Below, piece by piece: positions 10,110-20,011 of a stretch of 64,000 nt of DNA. Below the pieces are notes generated by a model, which saw only the letters and a program-made list of their open reading frames with translations, had not been told where the DNA came from and ran no database searches. This stretch comes from Promethearchaeota archaeon (lineage in GTDB: Archaea > Asgardarchaeota > Lokiarchaeia > Sigyniarchaeales > SOKP01). The stretch is taken from positions 92,568 through 156,567 of the forward strand of contig JAUVXW010000005.1 in assembly GCA_030603385.1 (NCBI GenBank), read 5' to 3'. Numbering within the stretch: position 1 is the first letter of the stretch; each line of letters opens with the position of its first letter. The translations under genes were made by a program, and so were the position numbers.

Positions 10110-11150
10110 ATGAAAGAAATTCAAAATAAATCTTTAATCTATATAATAGAGAATAGTAATGATGAAAATAAGAGGTATAAGTCATTAAAAGCATTACAAA
10201 ATGATTTTAATTGTACAAATAGAGGTTTTACATTTTTAGAAAACCTTTTAATCTCAGATTTAAATCCAAAAATTCGTAAAAAAGCTGCAGAGGTTCTGGC
10301 AGAATATCATTTTCCAAAAGCACTACACCCGATTAAATGGGTATTACAAATTGATAATTCTCTAAACTGTGTAATAAAATATATAGAATTAATAAAAAAT
10401 TATAATAAAACATTTCTTAATCTTTTTTTAATCAATGAAATCGAGCATTATGTAAGTAAGTATAAAAATTTTCAATCAAAACTAGCAAAATGTAAATTTT
10501 ATAAAAATGATCTTAATGATTTGATTGAAATTTACTTGAATTATAAAGTTTTAAATAATTTAATAATAGTTTTTTCAAATCTAAATAACGAGAATAAAAA
10601 TGTTATAATACAGGAAGGAAAAATAAAAAAGTTAGTGCTTACAAATTATAAAATAAAGAACATTAAAGATATTGAGGGATTAGATATGCTAAAACATTTA
10701 GAGAATTTAAACCTAAGCTTTAATGATATCTCTGAAATTAATGGGCTAAATGGTTTATTAAAATTGCGGAATTTAAACCTTTCTCATAATAAGATAACTA
10801 AAATTGAAAATCTTGAAAATCTTACTGAGTTAAGTTCACTAAATTTAGGATTCAATAAAATTGAGAAAATAACAGGTTTAACAAATAAAAAAAAATTAAA
10901 AAATCTAAACCTCTTGCACAATAAGATTATAGAATTCAATGGTTTAATCCCGCTTCAATCATTAGAAACTATTAATTTATCAAAAAATTTAATTTCTGAG
11001 ATAAATGATTTAGATAATTTTATAAATTTGAAATATCTTGATTTAACCCTAAATAACATACCAGATATAAGTAAATATGATAAATATAAGAAAAAAATCA
11101 GCCTTATAATCTATGGAAATCCCTTTAATACCTATGATCCTGGTCTATAA
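10110..11150 (+). CDS. HEAT-like N-terminus + leucine-rich repeat protein (SDS22-type LRRs)
   Basis: FLENLLISDLNPKIR; repeated LxxLNLSxNxIxxIxxL. Confidence 0.85.
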   Translation: MKEIQNKSLIYIIENSNDENKRYKSLKALQNDFNCTNRGFTFLENLLISDLNPKIRKKAAEVLAEYHFPKALHPIKWVLQIDNSLNCVIKYIELIKNYNKTFLNLFLINEIEHYVSKYKNFQSKLAKCKFYKNDLNDLIEIYLNYKVLNNLIIVFSNLNNENKNVIIQEGKIKKLVLTNYKIKNIKDIEGLDMLKHLENLNLSFNDISEINGLNGLLKLRNLNLSHNKITKIENLENLTELSSLNLGFNKIEKITGLTNKKKLKNLNLLHNKIIEFNGLIPLQSLETINLSKNLISEINDLDNFINLKYLDLTLNNIPDISKYDKYKKKISLIIYGNPFNTYDPGL

Positions 11151-11273
11151 AAAATTTTTTTATTAAAATCTATAATTCCTCGTATTTAATAATATAAATA
11201 ATTTTAAAAACAAGGTTTAAATTTAGAATTAATATATTTTATTTATTTATAATCAAATAAAATCTATTTTAAA

Positions 11274-11612
11274 ATGAATTCATTCAAAAAACGAGACTAC
11301 TATGAGGTACTGGGTATAGGTCGAAATGCCACTAAAATCCAGATCAAATTAGCATATCGACGACTGGCAAAAAAGTATCATCCTGATAAGAATAAAAAAG
11401 ATCTAAAAGCAAAAGAAAAATTTATTGAGATTCATGAAGCATATGAAATTTTAAATGATCCAGAACGAAGAGCACATTATGATCATTTAGGTTTCAGCAA
11501 GATATTTTTTGATAAAGAATCTAAATCAACTCATTCAAATACAGATTTTAAAGATTATGATTTTGGGAGCAATTTTGTAAATTATATTTCTAAATATTTT
11601 AAAGGAAAATAA
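11274..11612 (+). CDS. J-domain-only protein (DnaJ domain)
   Basis: DYYEVLGI...[12 protein letters not shown]...F.EI.EAYEIL; no zinc finger or C-terminal domain. Confidence 0.9.
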   Translation: MNSFKKRDYYEVLGIGRNATKIQIKLAYRRLAKKYHPDKNKKDLKAKEKFIEIHEAYEILNDPERRAHYDHLGFSKIFFDKESKSTHSNTDFKDYDFGSNFVNYISKYFKGK

Positions 11613-11690
11613 ATTTCTTATAGCAGTTTTTAGTTTTTGATTAATTATGTTATAATCCTTTTTTTTAAGAAAAAGTTTTAAAATTATATA

Positions 11691-12167
11691 TTAATTTTCA
11701 TCGAATTTATCAATGTCAAGACCTTGTTTCTTTAATACTTGAAGTACAGACTCAATTACCTTTCTTATATCCTCCTCTTTAATTTCGCTTAATTTAGGGA
11801 GATTTTTAAAAGTATTGAGATCATTTAAATTCATACGTTGCTTAGGGATGATATCTTGGACTGAAATAATCAAATCTGGTACAATACTAAGATGTTTATA
11901 TATTGTACTTGCACAGGCTGTATTACATCCGATAATAATAAGAATAAAGGAATGTTTGAGATGATTTTTAGTAATTTCAACTAATTGTTGTTTTTCTAAT
12001 AATACATTTTTAAGAAAAATAGTGGAGCATGTCATTGAGCTAATAGAAGCTATTTTACTTTTCTCTGCCAATCGTATTGCGACCTGTCGTGCTAATTCAC
12101 CATGATATTCTGAACCTGAACATGTTATTAAGACAATGTTTTCTACCTGGATTTCCTTTTTACTCAA
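11691..12167 (-). CDS. DGC-domain (putative Zn-binding) protein
   Basis: ITCSGSEYHGELARQVA...C...IIGCNTACA, same pattern as 14513 and 14936. Confidence 0.65.
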   Translation of the reverse strand: MSKKEIQVENIVLITCSGSEYHGELARQVAIRLAEKSKIASISSMTCSTIFLKNVLLEKQQLVEITKNHLKHSFILIIIGCNTACASTIYKHLSIVPDLIISVQDIIPKQRMNLNDLNTFKNLPKLSEIKEEDIRKVIESVLQVLKKQGLDIDKFDEN

Positions 12168-12168
12168 A

Positions 12169-12462
12169 TTAAATCAAACCTTTTGCCTTCAATATTTCTG
12201 GTAGCTTTTTCTTCAGAGCAAATGAAGTCGTAACGATTTCATTTCCATCAATAACTATACTATTACCATGCAAATTCAATCTTCTTGCTTCTTCAGAATC
12301 TAAATTTTTTGTATCGAATGATATATACTTATTATAGGGTGTAATTACCTGAAAAACGAGATTCATAAATCTTTCCCATTGGCAAGCGCATACATTTAAA
12401 GGTACATAAATTTCTACTTTAAGTTTATTTTCCTTTTGAACTTCACTTTCTTGTTGACTCAT
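12169..12462 (-). CDS. small thioredoxin-fold-like protein with CAC motif
   Basis: EIYVPLNVCACQW ... SIVIDG; loosely ArsD/thioredoxin-like. Confidence 0.4.
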   Translation of the reverse strand: MSQQESEVQKENKLKVEIYVPLNVCACQWERFMNLVFQVITPYNKYISFDTKNLDSEEARRLNLHGNSIVIDGNEIVTTSFALKKKLPEILKAKGLI

Positions 12463-12477
12463 TTTAACACCTTCATT

Positions 12478-12798
12478 TTATATTTTTTGCTGGAGTTCTA
12501 CAATTTTTTTAAATTTTTCATTTCTTTTAATTAAATTATCTACTATTGCCAATAACTTGAAAATTTGGGTATCTTTTACTTTAAACAATTTTTTATTTCC
12601 TTCCCTTCTACTTTCAAGGATATCCGCTTCAGTAAGAGTTTTTAAATGTCTAGATAATGTAGATTGAGTTTTATCAAACACTTTTTCAATGTCGCAAACA
12701 CAAATCTCATTTCCATGCCTTAGAAACTCTAAAAGTTTTAATCTAGTTTCATCGGAGAGAGCTCTTAATAAATCCAATCTTAAATTTTCAAGTTTCAT
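12478..12798 (-). CDS. ArsR/SmtB family transcriptional regulator
   Basis: RALSDETRLKLL, EICVCDI, TQSTLSRHLKTL, SRREG. Confidence 0.92.
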   Translation of the reverse strand: MKLENLRLDLLRALSDETRLKLLEFLRHGNEICVCDIEKVFDKTQSTLSRHLKTLTEADILESRREGNKKLFKVKDTQIFKLLAIVDNLIKRNEKFKKIVELQQKI

Positions 12799-12805
12799 AT
12801 TTTTT

Positions 12806-12832
12806 TATGCATTTATGCGTATTAATACATAT
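12806..12832. promoter_or_regulatory. possible ArsR operator (imperfect inverted repeats)
   Basis: TATGCAT-TT-ATGCGTA (12806-12821) overlapping palindrome GTATTAATAC (12819-12828), just upstream of arsR in a divergent intergenic region. Confidence 0.3.
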
Positions 12833-12932
12833 ACTTATAAACGAATTTTCTATTTAAATCTTGTGTTAATAGTAATTAAACTAAATTAAAATTGAGATAA
12901 TAAGTTCAAGATTAATAGATGGTGCTAATAAA

Positions 12933-13319
12933 TTGAACAATACAAAAAAAGAAATTGGATTCATTATGTGTGTTTGTACTGGAAAATGCCCTGGATTTGC
13001 TAAAATGGATATATGGGATTTTATTAATCGTATAAGAATTGAACTTCCTGTAGAATATGGATTTATTCATCCTCAATTGTGTGAAGAAGATGGCGATAGA
13101 TTTTTAGATGATTATTTAAGTTCTGGTCGAAAATATATGGTGGCAGGATGTGCTCCAAACATGCAATATAAGTTATTTAGAGACGCTTTTAAGAAAGCAG
13201 GATTAGATATAAAAACAGATTTAATTCCCTTGGATATTCGCGAAATGACTACAGATGAAGCTGTTAATTTAGTTGAAAAGAGCCTGGAGAAATTAGAGGA
13301 GGATATTAAAAATGAGTAA
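12933..13319 (+). CDS. stand-alone HdrA N-terminal-domain-like Fe-S protein
   Basis: MCVC...QLC...VAGCAP...F...GLD...LDIRE aligns with the HdrA N-terminus at 25832 (ICQU...SLU...VSCTP...F...ID...ANIRE). Confidence 0.7.
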   Translation: MNNTKKEIGFIMCVCTGKCPGFAKMDIWDFINRIRIELPVEYGFIHPQLCEEDGDRFLDDYLSSGRKYMVAGCAPNMQYKLFRDAFKKAGLDIKTDLIPLDIREMTTDEAVNLVEKSLEKLEEDIKNE

Positions 13320-13614
13320 GAGTTATGATGCTGAAAAAGAAACGTTTATGGGAGTTCCAAGAAAAAAGATTCCCTGGTGGCCTATAATAGATTATGATAA
13401 ATGCAACTTTTGCATGGAATGTGATAAATTTTGCCCACATAATGTATATGCAAAGAATAATGATGAAAAACAACAGCTAATAGTTAAAAATCCATACAAT
13501 TGTGTAGTATTTTGTCGTGCGTGCGCTAAGACTTGCGCTCCTGATGCTTTATCATTCCCAGATAAGCGGGAAACGACTAATCTAATAAAGAAGCTTAGAA
13601 GTGAAAATAAGTAG
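13312..13614 (+). CDS. 2x[4Fe-4S] ferredoxin family protein
   Basis: CNFCMECDKFCP and CVVFCRACAKTC. Confidence 0.9.
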   Translation: MSKSYDAEKETFMGVPRKKIPWWPIIDYDKCNFCMECDKFCPHNVYAKNNDEKQQLIVKNPYNCVVFCRACAKTCAPDALSFPDKRETTNLIKKLRSENK

Positions 13615-13626
13615 ATGTGATGCATA

Positions 13627-14511
13627 ATGGATAAACAGTTATGTGTTTTACCTTGCAACGGTCTAGATAAATCACTAGGGGTAATTGCGAGAGCAGTAGC
13701 ACTTAATCTAATTGAAAAAAAACTTGATTTTAATTTAATTTGTCCAGTTTTGCTGAATACGGGCGATGAGAAATATGAATCTAATTTAAGAGAATCTAGA
13801 ACTATTGTAATCGATGGTTGTATGACTAGATGTGCTACAAAACTAATCGAAGAACGAAATCAAAAAATTTACAAACGAATATTTATCCCCGATATGTCAA
13901 AAAAATTAAAAATAAAACCTGGGACGAGTTTAAAATTGAGTGAAAATGCCAAGAAATTAGCTGAAATGATTGCTAAGGGGTTTTTAGAAGAACTAAAAGT
14001 AAGCGAAAAAGAAGATATAGTTATCGTAGCTAAGACAGAAAGGATGGATTTTTTTGATATTACTGTGGACAAATTCTATTTTCAAGTTCCTAAAGAGGGA
14101 TATTTCTTCAATGAAAACGATTGTTGGATCAAACCAGATAGTAATAGAGCTCTAATTGGTATTACAGATTATCTGCAGAATCAGTCAAGTGATATAATGT
14201 TTGTAGAATTACCCGAAATTGGTCAAGAAATTGAACAATTCGATGATGTTGGTTCTTTTGAATCTGTTAAAACAGTATTGCAATTAATATCTCCTGGTTC
14301 AGGAAAAATTGTTGCTGTCAATAAAGCGTTAGAAGAACATCCTGAATGGATGAATCAGGATTGTTATCAGCAAGGATGGTTTGCAGAATTAGAGTTAAAA
14401 GATTTTGAGGAGGATAAAGAATTACTTATGGATGGTCCAGAATATTTTGAATATATGAAAGAAAAAATATTAAACGAAAAGGAATTATTAGATAAAGAAA
14501 AAGAGGATTAA
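13627..14511 (+). CDS. DGC domain fused to glycine-cleavage-H-like lipoyl carrier domain
   Basis: N-terminal LPCNG...ICP...IDGCMTRCA; C-terminal IGITDYLQ...FVELPEIG...ESVKT (lipoyl Lys)...PGSGKIVAVN..L...PE.MN.D.Y..GW. Confidence 0.85.
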   Translation: MDKQLCVLPCNGLDKSLGVIARAVALNLIEKKLDFNLICPVLLNTGDEKYESNLRESRTIVIDGCMTRCATKLIEERNQKIYKRIFIPDMSKKLKIKPGTSLKLSENAKKLAEMIAKGFLEELKVSEKEDIVIVAKTERMDFFDITVDKFYFQVPKEGYFFNENDCWIKPDSNRALIGITDYLQNQSSDIMFVELPEIGQEIEQFDDVGSFESVKTVLQLISPGSGKIVAVNKALEEHPEWMNQDCYQQGWFAELELKDFEEDKELLMDGPEYFEYMKEKILNEKELLDKEKED

Positions 14512-14512
14512 G

Positions 14513-14935
14513 ATGAATGAAAAGAAAGTTTATATTGTTCCGTGTAGCGGAATTGGAAAAGTTTTTGGAAGCATTGGTAGAAAAACAGCATATATAGTCG
14601 TTAACGAATTAGCGAAGGATAAGACCACTTTAGAATGCTTACCTTTAATAGTAAATGGTAAAAAGGAAGTCATTGAGGCAATAAAGGAAAATAAAGTAAT
14701 CGCCTTAGATGGCTGCCCCTTAAAATGTTCTTATAATGATTTAATGGAAGCTGTTGGAAAAGTAGATGCTCAGTTTTTGACTACTGATATTGTAAAGGAA
14801 AATAAAGATTTAAAACCAGAACCTTCAATTATTCCAGTTGGAGAAAATACTAAGCAATTGTCGATAAAATTAGCAGAAAAGGTGGCTGCTGAAGTTGATA
14901 AATTATTAGAAGAAAACATGGAGAGGGACGATTAA
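14513..14935 (+). CDS. DGC-domain (putative Zn-binding) protein
   Basis: PCSGIGKVFG...ECL...ALDGCPLKC. Confidence 0.8.
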   Translation: MNEKKVYIVPCSGIGKVFGSIGRKTAYIVVNELAKDKTTLECLPLIVNGKKEVIEAIKENKVIALDGCPLKCSYNDLMEAVGKVDAQFLTTDIVKENKDLKPEPSIIPVGENTKQLSIKLAEKVAAEVDKLLEENMERDD

Positions 14936-15355
14936 ATGAAAAAAAAGGTTGGAATTATTGCTTGTAGTGGTGAAAAATTAGTTGGAGGCACTTTAAGTCG
15001 CGCAGCTGCGAGAATAGTTGTTGAAAAATTACGACCAAATAATACGATTATTTTATGTCAACCCTTATTTATGGCAGGTGGGTTAGAAAGGCATGGTGGG
15101 CAACAGGAGAGGGACTTTGCAAAAAATCATCCAACGATAACAATAGAAGGATGTGAAGAGGAATGTGCTAAAATTGCTGTTGATAAGTATAGTGGTAAGC
15201 CTGCAGCAACCATATATATTCAAGAGATTGCGGAAACATATCCTGAACTAAAGCCAAAATCCCGTGAAGATTTAGGAGAGGATGGTATGAAACTTGCTGA
15301 AATAATTGCTGAAGAAATAGCGAAAAAAGTGGATGAATTATTTCAAAGTAAATAA
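14936..15355 (+). CDS. DGC-domain (putative Zn-binding) protein
   Basis: ACSGE...LCQP...IEGCEEECA. Confidence 0.75.
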   Translation: MKKKVGIIACSGEKLVGGTLSRAAARIVVEKLRPNNTIILCQPLFMAGGLERHGGQQERDFAKNHPTITIEGCEEECAKIAVDKYSGKPAATIYIQEIAETYPELKPKSREDLGEDGMKLAEIIAEEIAKKVDELFQSK

Positions 15356-15395
15356 TAATGAATTGATAAAAATTAAAATTTTTTAGAGTATTTAA

Positions 15396-16121
15396 ATGGA
15401 AAGGGATAAAAGTAAAATTAAGATTGGAATTGTATCTGATGGAAAATATGGTGAAAGAGCTTTTGAAAACACTAAAAAGCATTTTGATGTAGAATGGATA
15501 TTAGTCCCAGATATCCCTCCAACAGTTATGTTAGATGATGACCTTTACTTTGATATCCCGGAGTGCGAGCTTTATTTATCATATGTTCGGCATCCAGATA
15601 TCATTTTGGAACTAGCTGGACTCCAAAAACCATTAATCTTAGGCATAACACCTGGTCTTGGTTTATTAAAGCAAGCTAGAAATATTAATCCTAAAGTAGT
15701 TGGTCCTCGAACCATGTGTTCTTTAGAACCGTATACAGGAATTCCAGAGATTGATACTTTCGCAAAATATTTTGGAAAACCTCTTTTTGAATTAAATTTA
15801 GACAAGGAGACGAAAATTTTAAATGTAACGGTTTTAAGATCATCCCCATGCGGCTCCTCAGCTGTGGGAGCAAATTTCATGTTAAATAAAAAGTTAAGTA
15901 AAAAAATTTTTCAGGATTATGCTTTAATAGTATGTCATGAATGTAGAGCTCCTCGTTTTGGTCATACTTGCGATAAAGAAGTATCAGGAATCATTCACAT
16001 TCTTTCCTTTATAAATTGTATTGATCCTGAAAAAAGATCCATGTTCAATAATGAGTTGCAAGAATTTATTAAAAATTTGAATCAAGAATACAAAAATAAA
16101 ACTGAAATGAAAATATTGTGA
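15396..16121 (+). CDS. DUF166 family protein
   Basis: GIVSDGKYGERA, HPDI, MCSLE, FGKP, VLRSSPCGS, CRA. Confidence 0.75.
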   Translation: MERDKSKIKIGIVSDGKYGERAFENTKKHFDVEWILVPDIPPTVMLDDDLYFDIPECELYLSYVRHPDIILELAGLQKPLILGITPGLGLLKQARNINPKVVGPRTMCSLEPYTGIPEIDTFAKYFGKPLFELNLDKETKILNVTVLRSSPCGSSAVGANFMLNKKLSKKIFQDYALIVCHECRAPRFGHTCDKEVSGIIHILSFINCIDPEKRSMFNNELQEFIKNLNQEYKNKTEMKIL

Positions 16122-16316
16122 AATAAAGTGAGAGAAGGATTACAGATTTTATATGATTATTTATTAATCAATTATCCAAAATAAAAAGTCGAGAAACTTA
16201 TTCAGGGCATTTCGAATCCTACTCGATACAGTTGGATCGTGGAGGAAATAAAAGACTGTCTAAAAAAATTGAAAACACACACAAATCTAAATTTACCTTC
16301 TAATTTTCTGTTATTT

Positions 16317-17120
16317 TTATTTGAATTTTTTTTTCATCCTCATCATTTTAGGAACACCACCTGATTCTGAGAATCTCTTCGGCATCGTTATCCTATGTAA
16401 TAAATAGTTTAAAGTGAATAATACTAAAATCCAGACAATTAAGATAACTAGACTTAGTTCGATTGGAATTAGATTGCTTTTATCAATATTATTTCTTAAA
16501 AGTTCAGTTAAAAATATAAGTGGTGATAAAAAATAGATGAAAGTTACGATAAGAGGGACTTTACTAAGAGGAATGAAAATTCCACTAATAAACAAAATAG
16601 GGAATTTTACTAAATTCACAGTGACCATTACATCGGACGTCATATCAGTGGGATTTGCTGATATTAAAAGCCCTAAGAGAGAGCCAAGTATTGCCATTAA
16701 TGAAATTCTAATGAAGATCAGTATCATCGGCAGAGTAGAAGTTATCAATATGGGGAAGAGAATTAGAAAAATTGTCGTAATAATTGAGGTAACTATGACG
16801 GAATATAATGTGGATGCGATAAGGATGCAGAAAAGTATTTCATTTAAAGAAAGTGGAGCACTTAGTAGTCGTTCCAAGGATTTTTCACGTGTTTCTATGG
16901 GTAGTATTACAAGACTAACTGCTGTTGAGGTAAAAAACGATGTCATTGCGATGATACCAATATATATTTGATTTAGAACCAGATCTCTTCCAAGAATCCA
17001 AGATAGCACCATAAAAAAGGGAAACATTAATCCAAAGATTAAGACAGGTCCCTTTTTCACCTAGAGTGTTAGATTCTTTTTTGATAACATCCAAATGTTT
17101 CTTATACTGTTATATTTCAT
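16317..17120 (-). pseudogene. ABC-2 type transporter permease, interrupted by in-frame TAG at 17061-17063
   Basis: ATG 17120 gives MKYNSIRNIWMLSKKNLTL*VKKGPV; LERLLSAP and FISGIFIPL permease motifs. Confidence 0.7.
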
Positions 17121-17200
17121 ATTGCATCCCTCTTATTAGATTTTGAATCTTTTTCTATTAAATGAATAAATACATCTTCTAAGGCGGTTTCCTTATTTTA
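17117..17200 (-). pseudogene. C-terminal remnant of ABC ATP-binding subunit
   Basis: LEDVFIHL motif ends in a TGA overlapping the permease ATG; there is no room upstream for the ATPase domain. Confidence 0.55.
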
Positions 17201-17359
17201 CGTTGTACGTTAAAATATTTGGATGCTGAACAACCTAATCAATAACCAGCTTTATATTTTTAGCCTTTCTTACAAAAAGCCATATTGTAGATTTATCGAC
17301 TAAAGATTAGAAGTCATATTATAAATAATAATAAAAAAAAAGTAAATTTAGCTTATTTT

Positions 17360-17656
17360 TTATATGTTGATAATACTATCATTTGCTAAAACGATATCAA
17401 TGAGTTCTCCATAATCCTTCAATTCTACATTATCGAAGACAACTTTATTTAATCCACGAATATTGACATCATCTTTACATGCAATTACTTTTATCCCTTG
17501 ATTTAGCGCGTCTGATGTTTCTTTCACGGTTTTATTAGCTAAATAAACTGCATTTTGTAGTAAACATATGGTTTTATCATCTTCTTTATTCTCTAAAACA
17601 AGCTCCAATCCTGTTTTATCTTGACTAGTTATAAAATAAACTATTTTTTTCCCCAT
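17360..17656 (-). CDS. DsrH/TusB family sulfur relay protein
   Basis: CLLQNAVY, KDDVNIRGL, DYGELIDIV. Confidence 0.85.
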   Translation of the reverse strand: MGKKIVYFITSQDKTGLELVLENKEDDKTICLLQNAVYLANKTVKETSDALNQGIKVIACKDDVNIRGLNKVVFDNVELKDYGELIDIVLANDSIINI

Positions 17657-17668
17657 TTTTTTTCCCTC

Positions 17669-18013
17669 TTAAAATGTAATTGCTAAATCACAATCTGCGA
17701 GTATTTTTAGAACCTCATCGTGTTCTTTTACACTCACATCTTCAATCAAATCGTCTGTAGAGAGAGCTCGGTCATCAAGAGATTTTTTATCGATAATTAT
17801 ATCTAAGTCAATACTTTTTAGAAAATCCATATGTGGTTGATACATAGTTTTATCAACGTCTTTTATAAAAGCAAATACCGCATCATTAATTACTAACGTT
17901 ATTGGCTCAAAATCACCACTAACAGCGACAGACATTCTTAACCCTTCAACAGGATATAAAGTTCCATGAGGTGGTTGCTTTAAAATTATAATTACATTTT
18001 TTTCTTCCGACAT
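17669..18013 (-). CDS. DsrF/TusC family protein
   Basis: QPPHGT..VEGLR, DAVF, SLDDRAL. Confidence 0.85.
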   Translation of the reverse strand: MSEEKNVIIILKQPPHGTLYPVEGLRMSVAVSGDFEPITLVINDAVFAFIKDVDKTMYQPHMDFLKSIDLDIIIDKKSLDDRALSTDDLIEDVSVKEHDEVLKILADCDLAITF

Positions 18014-18027
18014 TTATTTTTCACCTT

Positions 18028-18399
18028 TTAAGAAACCACAATTAATTTATCAGTAAGCTCAATTATCTTAGCTAAGTCAGGGGTTCCCGCTCGTTTAATA
18101 TCCGCATCACCACATTCTTTTCTATCTAAGCAATTCTTCATGGTACCTCTTACAAGTAAGCATAAATTACACAACCTTACTACGGCGCCTTTATCGAGGA
18201 TTTCTCTAAAGCCCTCTTCGATATTATAAATGCCTTCTATTTTTTTCTGATTACGCAAAACTGCATTCACCGCATCCATATAGCAAAAAATCCGAACATC
18301 ATGACCTTTATCTAAAGCAGCATTAGCTAGTTTACACACAGTTTCAGCTGCTTGAGTTTGATATGGCCCAGAAAAAAATAAGATACCTAATTTTGCCAT
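18028..18399 (-). CDS. DsrE/TusD family sulfurtransferase
   Basis: GPY, AALDKGHDV.IFCYMDAV, LCNLCLLVRG. Confidence 0.88.
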   Translation of the reverse strand: MAKLGILFFSGPYQTQAAETVCKLANAALDKGHDVRIFCYMDAVNAVLRNQKKIEGIYNIEEGFREILDKGAVVRLCNLCLLVRGTMKNCLDRKECGDADIKRAGTPDLAKIIELTDKLIVVS

Positions 18400-18417
18400 C
18401 TGATTTCATCTCTTATA

Positions 18418-19476
18418 TTATTTCCGCATAAAAAGTAAATAAGCCATCAACCAACAACCTAGGATAATGAATGCACCAGATAATAGGCTTCCGAGAGAAA
18501 GCTGTGGAAAACCGCTTAAAATGTTACCTATATTGCATCCCATAGCTATGATTGCTCCAATTCCCATCGCTAATCCACCAATAAATTGAATCAAGATAGT
18601 TTTTGCCTGTTTAGGGGTTCTCAACTTGAATTCTTTTGCAATAATCGCACTAATAAAAGCACCAATAACAATCCCTATTACTAACCATGTTTCCCAACCT
18701 AATGCTGAATTAACACCTGTATTCCAGAATTTATTCCAGCCGACCCAACCACCTGTAATCCCTAAAGGATAATTTCGACCAGCTGCCGCTGAAGTCACAT
18801 AAGCAAACAATGCTATTATTCCTATTGCAACTGCAGTTACAGCCCAATGCCATCCTTGTTTGAAAGTTTTTTGCCCAAAATTGGAAAAATCAAGCATGGG
18901 TTTATTTTCTCTTTTTTTTGCTCGTAATTCACGCCATATCCAAAAATAAGCAATTAAAGCAATTCCTGCTATACCAATGATTAACATAAATATTGGTGTG
19001 AGATCTCCAAAAAGTGTAAGTGCAGTGTTATCTGAGTAGGTAATTTTTGTACTATCTTGTAATTCTTTAGCTATGGGGTTAAGTGCTCCAACTTTCGTAA
19101 AATAAGCACCACCTGCAAACCCTAATAAAGCAACTAGTGAACCCATCATACCTTCTCCTACTCGATATGTAGTTCCACTTGCGCATCCAGCGGCTAAGAC
19201 CATTCCGACTCCGAAAATTAACCCTCCGATAATGTTAGCACCCCATGCAAAATGCTTAGGATTTAAGGTAATTATGTCCGCAAATGACATTATTGCAAAA
19301 CCTAACATTGACACAAGTATTGCTAGTGCTACTGATTTTGCTAATTTGTACTCTTTTAATAATATAATATCTCTAAAAGCAGAATTCATGCAAAACCTTC
19401 CTCGCTGTAATACAAATCCAAAAATAATTCCTAAAATTAATCCAGGAATTAACGCATACTCTATATCTATTGCCAT
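18418..19476 (-). CDS. YeeE/YedE (TsuA-like) thiosulfate/sulfur-selenium transporter
   Basis: QRGRFCM, LAAGCASG, AMGCNIG: the three conserved Cys motifs. Confidence 0.9.
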   Translation of the reverse strand: MAIDIEYALIPGLILGIIFGFVLQRGRFCMNSAFRDIILLKEYKLAKSVALAILVSMLGFAIMSFADIITLNPKHFAWGANIIGGLIFGVGMVLAAGCASGTTYRVGEGMMGSLVALLGFAGGAYFTKVGALNPIAKELQDSTKITYSDNTALTLFGDLTPIFMLIIGIAGIALIAYFWIWRELRAKKRENKPMLDFSNFGQKTFKQGWHWAVTAVAIGIIALFAYVTSAAAGRNYPLGITGGWVGWNKFWNTGVNSALGWETWLVIGIVIGAFISAIIAKEFKLRTPKQAKTILIQFIGGLAMGIGAIIAMGCNIGNILSGFPQLSLGSLLSGAFIILGCWLMAYLLFMRK

Positions 19477-19489
19477 TTTTTCTTTTCAC

Positions 19490-19723
19490 CTATTTTATTT
19501 TAACTAATATTTTCCATTCAGAAGCTCCAACTTTGTCAGTTGAAAGAACTTCATTTCCCATTGATTTCATTGTTTCAGGAATTCTTTCTGCTGAAAGAGG
19601 ATAATCTATCAAGATTTCTAGAACTTCTCCTGAATTCATTTTTTTAGCTTTCCTCTTACTTTTGACATCAGGGTAGGGACAAACCTCCCCTCTACAATCT
19701 AATGTTTCTGTAACATCAACCAT
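19490..19723 (-). CDS. TusA/SirA/YeeD family sulfurtransferase
   Basis: LDCRGEVCPYP motif. Confidence 0.92.
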   Translation of the reverse strand: MVDVTETLDCRGEVCPYPDVKSKRKAKKMNSGEVLEILIDYPLSAERIPETMKSMGNEVLSTDKVGASEWKILVKIK

Positions 19724-19761
19724 TTTTTTTCACTTTTTTATACTTTTTTATCAATTTTTAG

Positions 19762-19982
19762 TTACAATTTGTAAATTGATAAAATAAACAATATTAAGAA
19801 ATTTATAAAGATTTCTTAATATTGAGTATGGTGGTAAAAGTAGCGTATATATCTAGTAATATATCTTTTTTAAATCTTTACATTTCTTAATGTATTCGTA
19901 TAAATTCACTTACAAAATGTAACATCATAATCAAAATTTTGAATATAAGGGATCCATTAATAAATTATATTACAATTTGTAA
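19762..19982. promoter_or_regulatory. three palindromic operator copies TTACA-WWW-TGTAA
   Basis: Copies at 19762-19774, 19910-19922 and 19970-19982 between divergent tusA and Lrp/AsnC genes. Confidence 0.7.
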
Positions 19983-20011
19983 CTTAAATAAAAAGAAATT
20001 CTTATGGAAAA

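Noticed and set aside
17061-17063. In-frame TAG in the ABC permease as pyrrolysine
   Set aside because: It looks like a simple nonsense change, the partner ATPase is deleted, and the MttB homolog here has no amber codon
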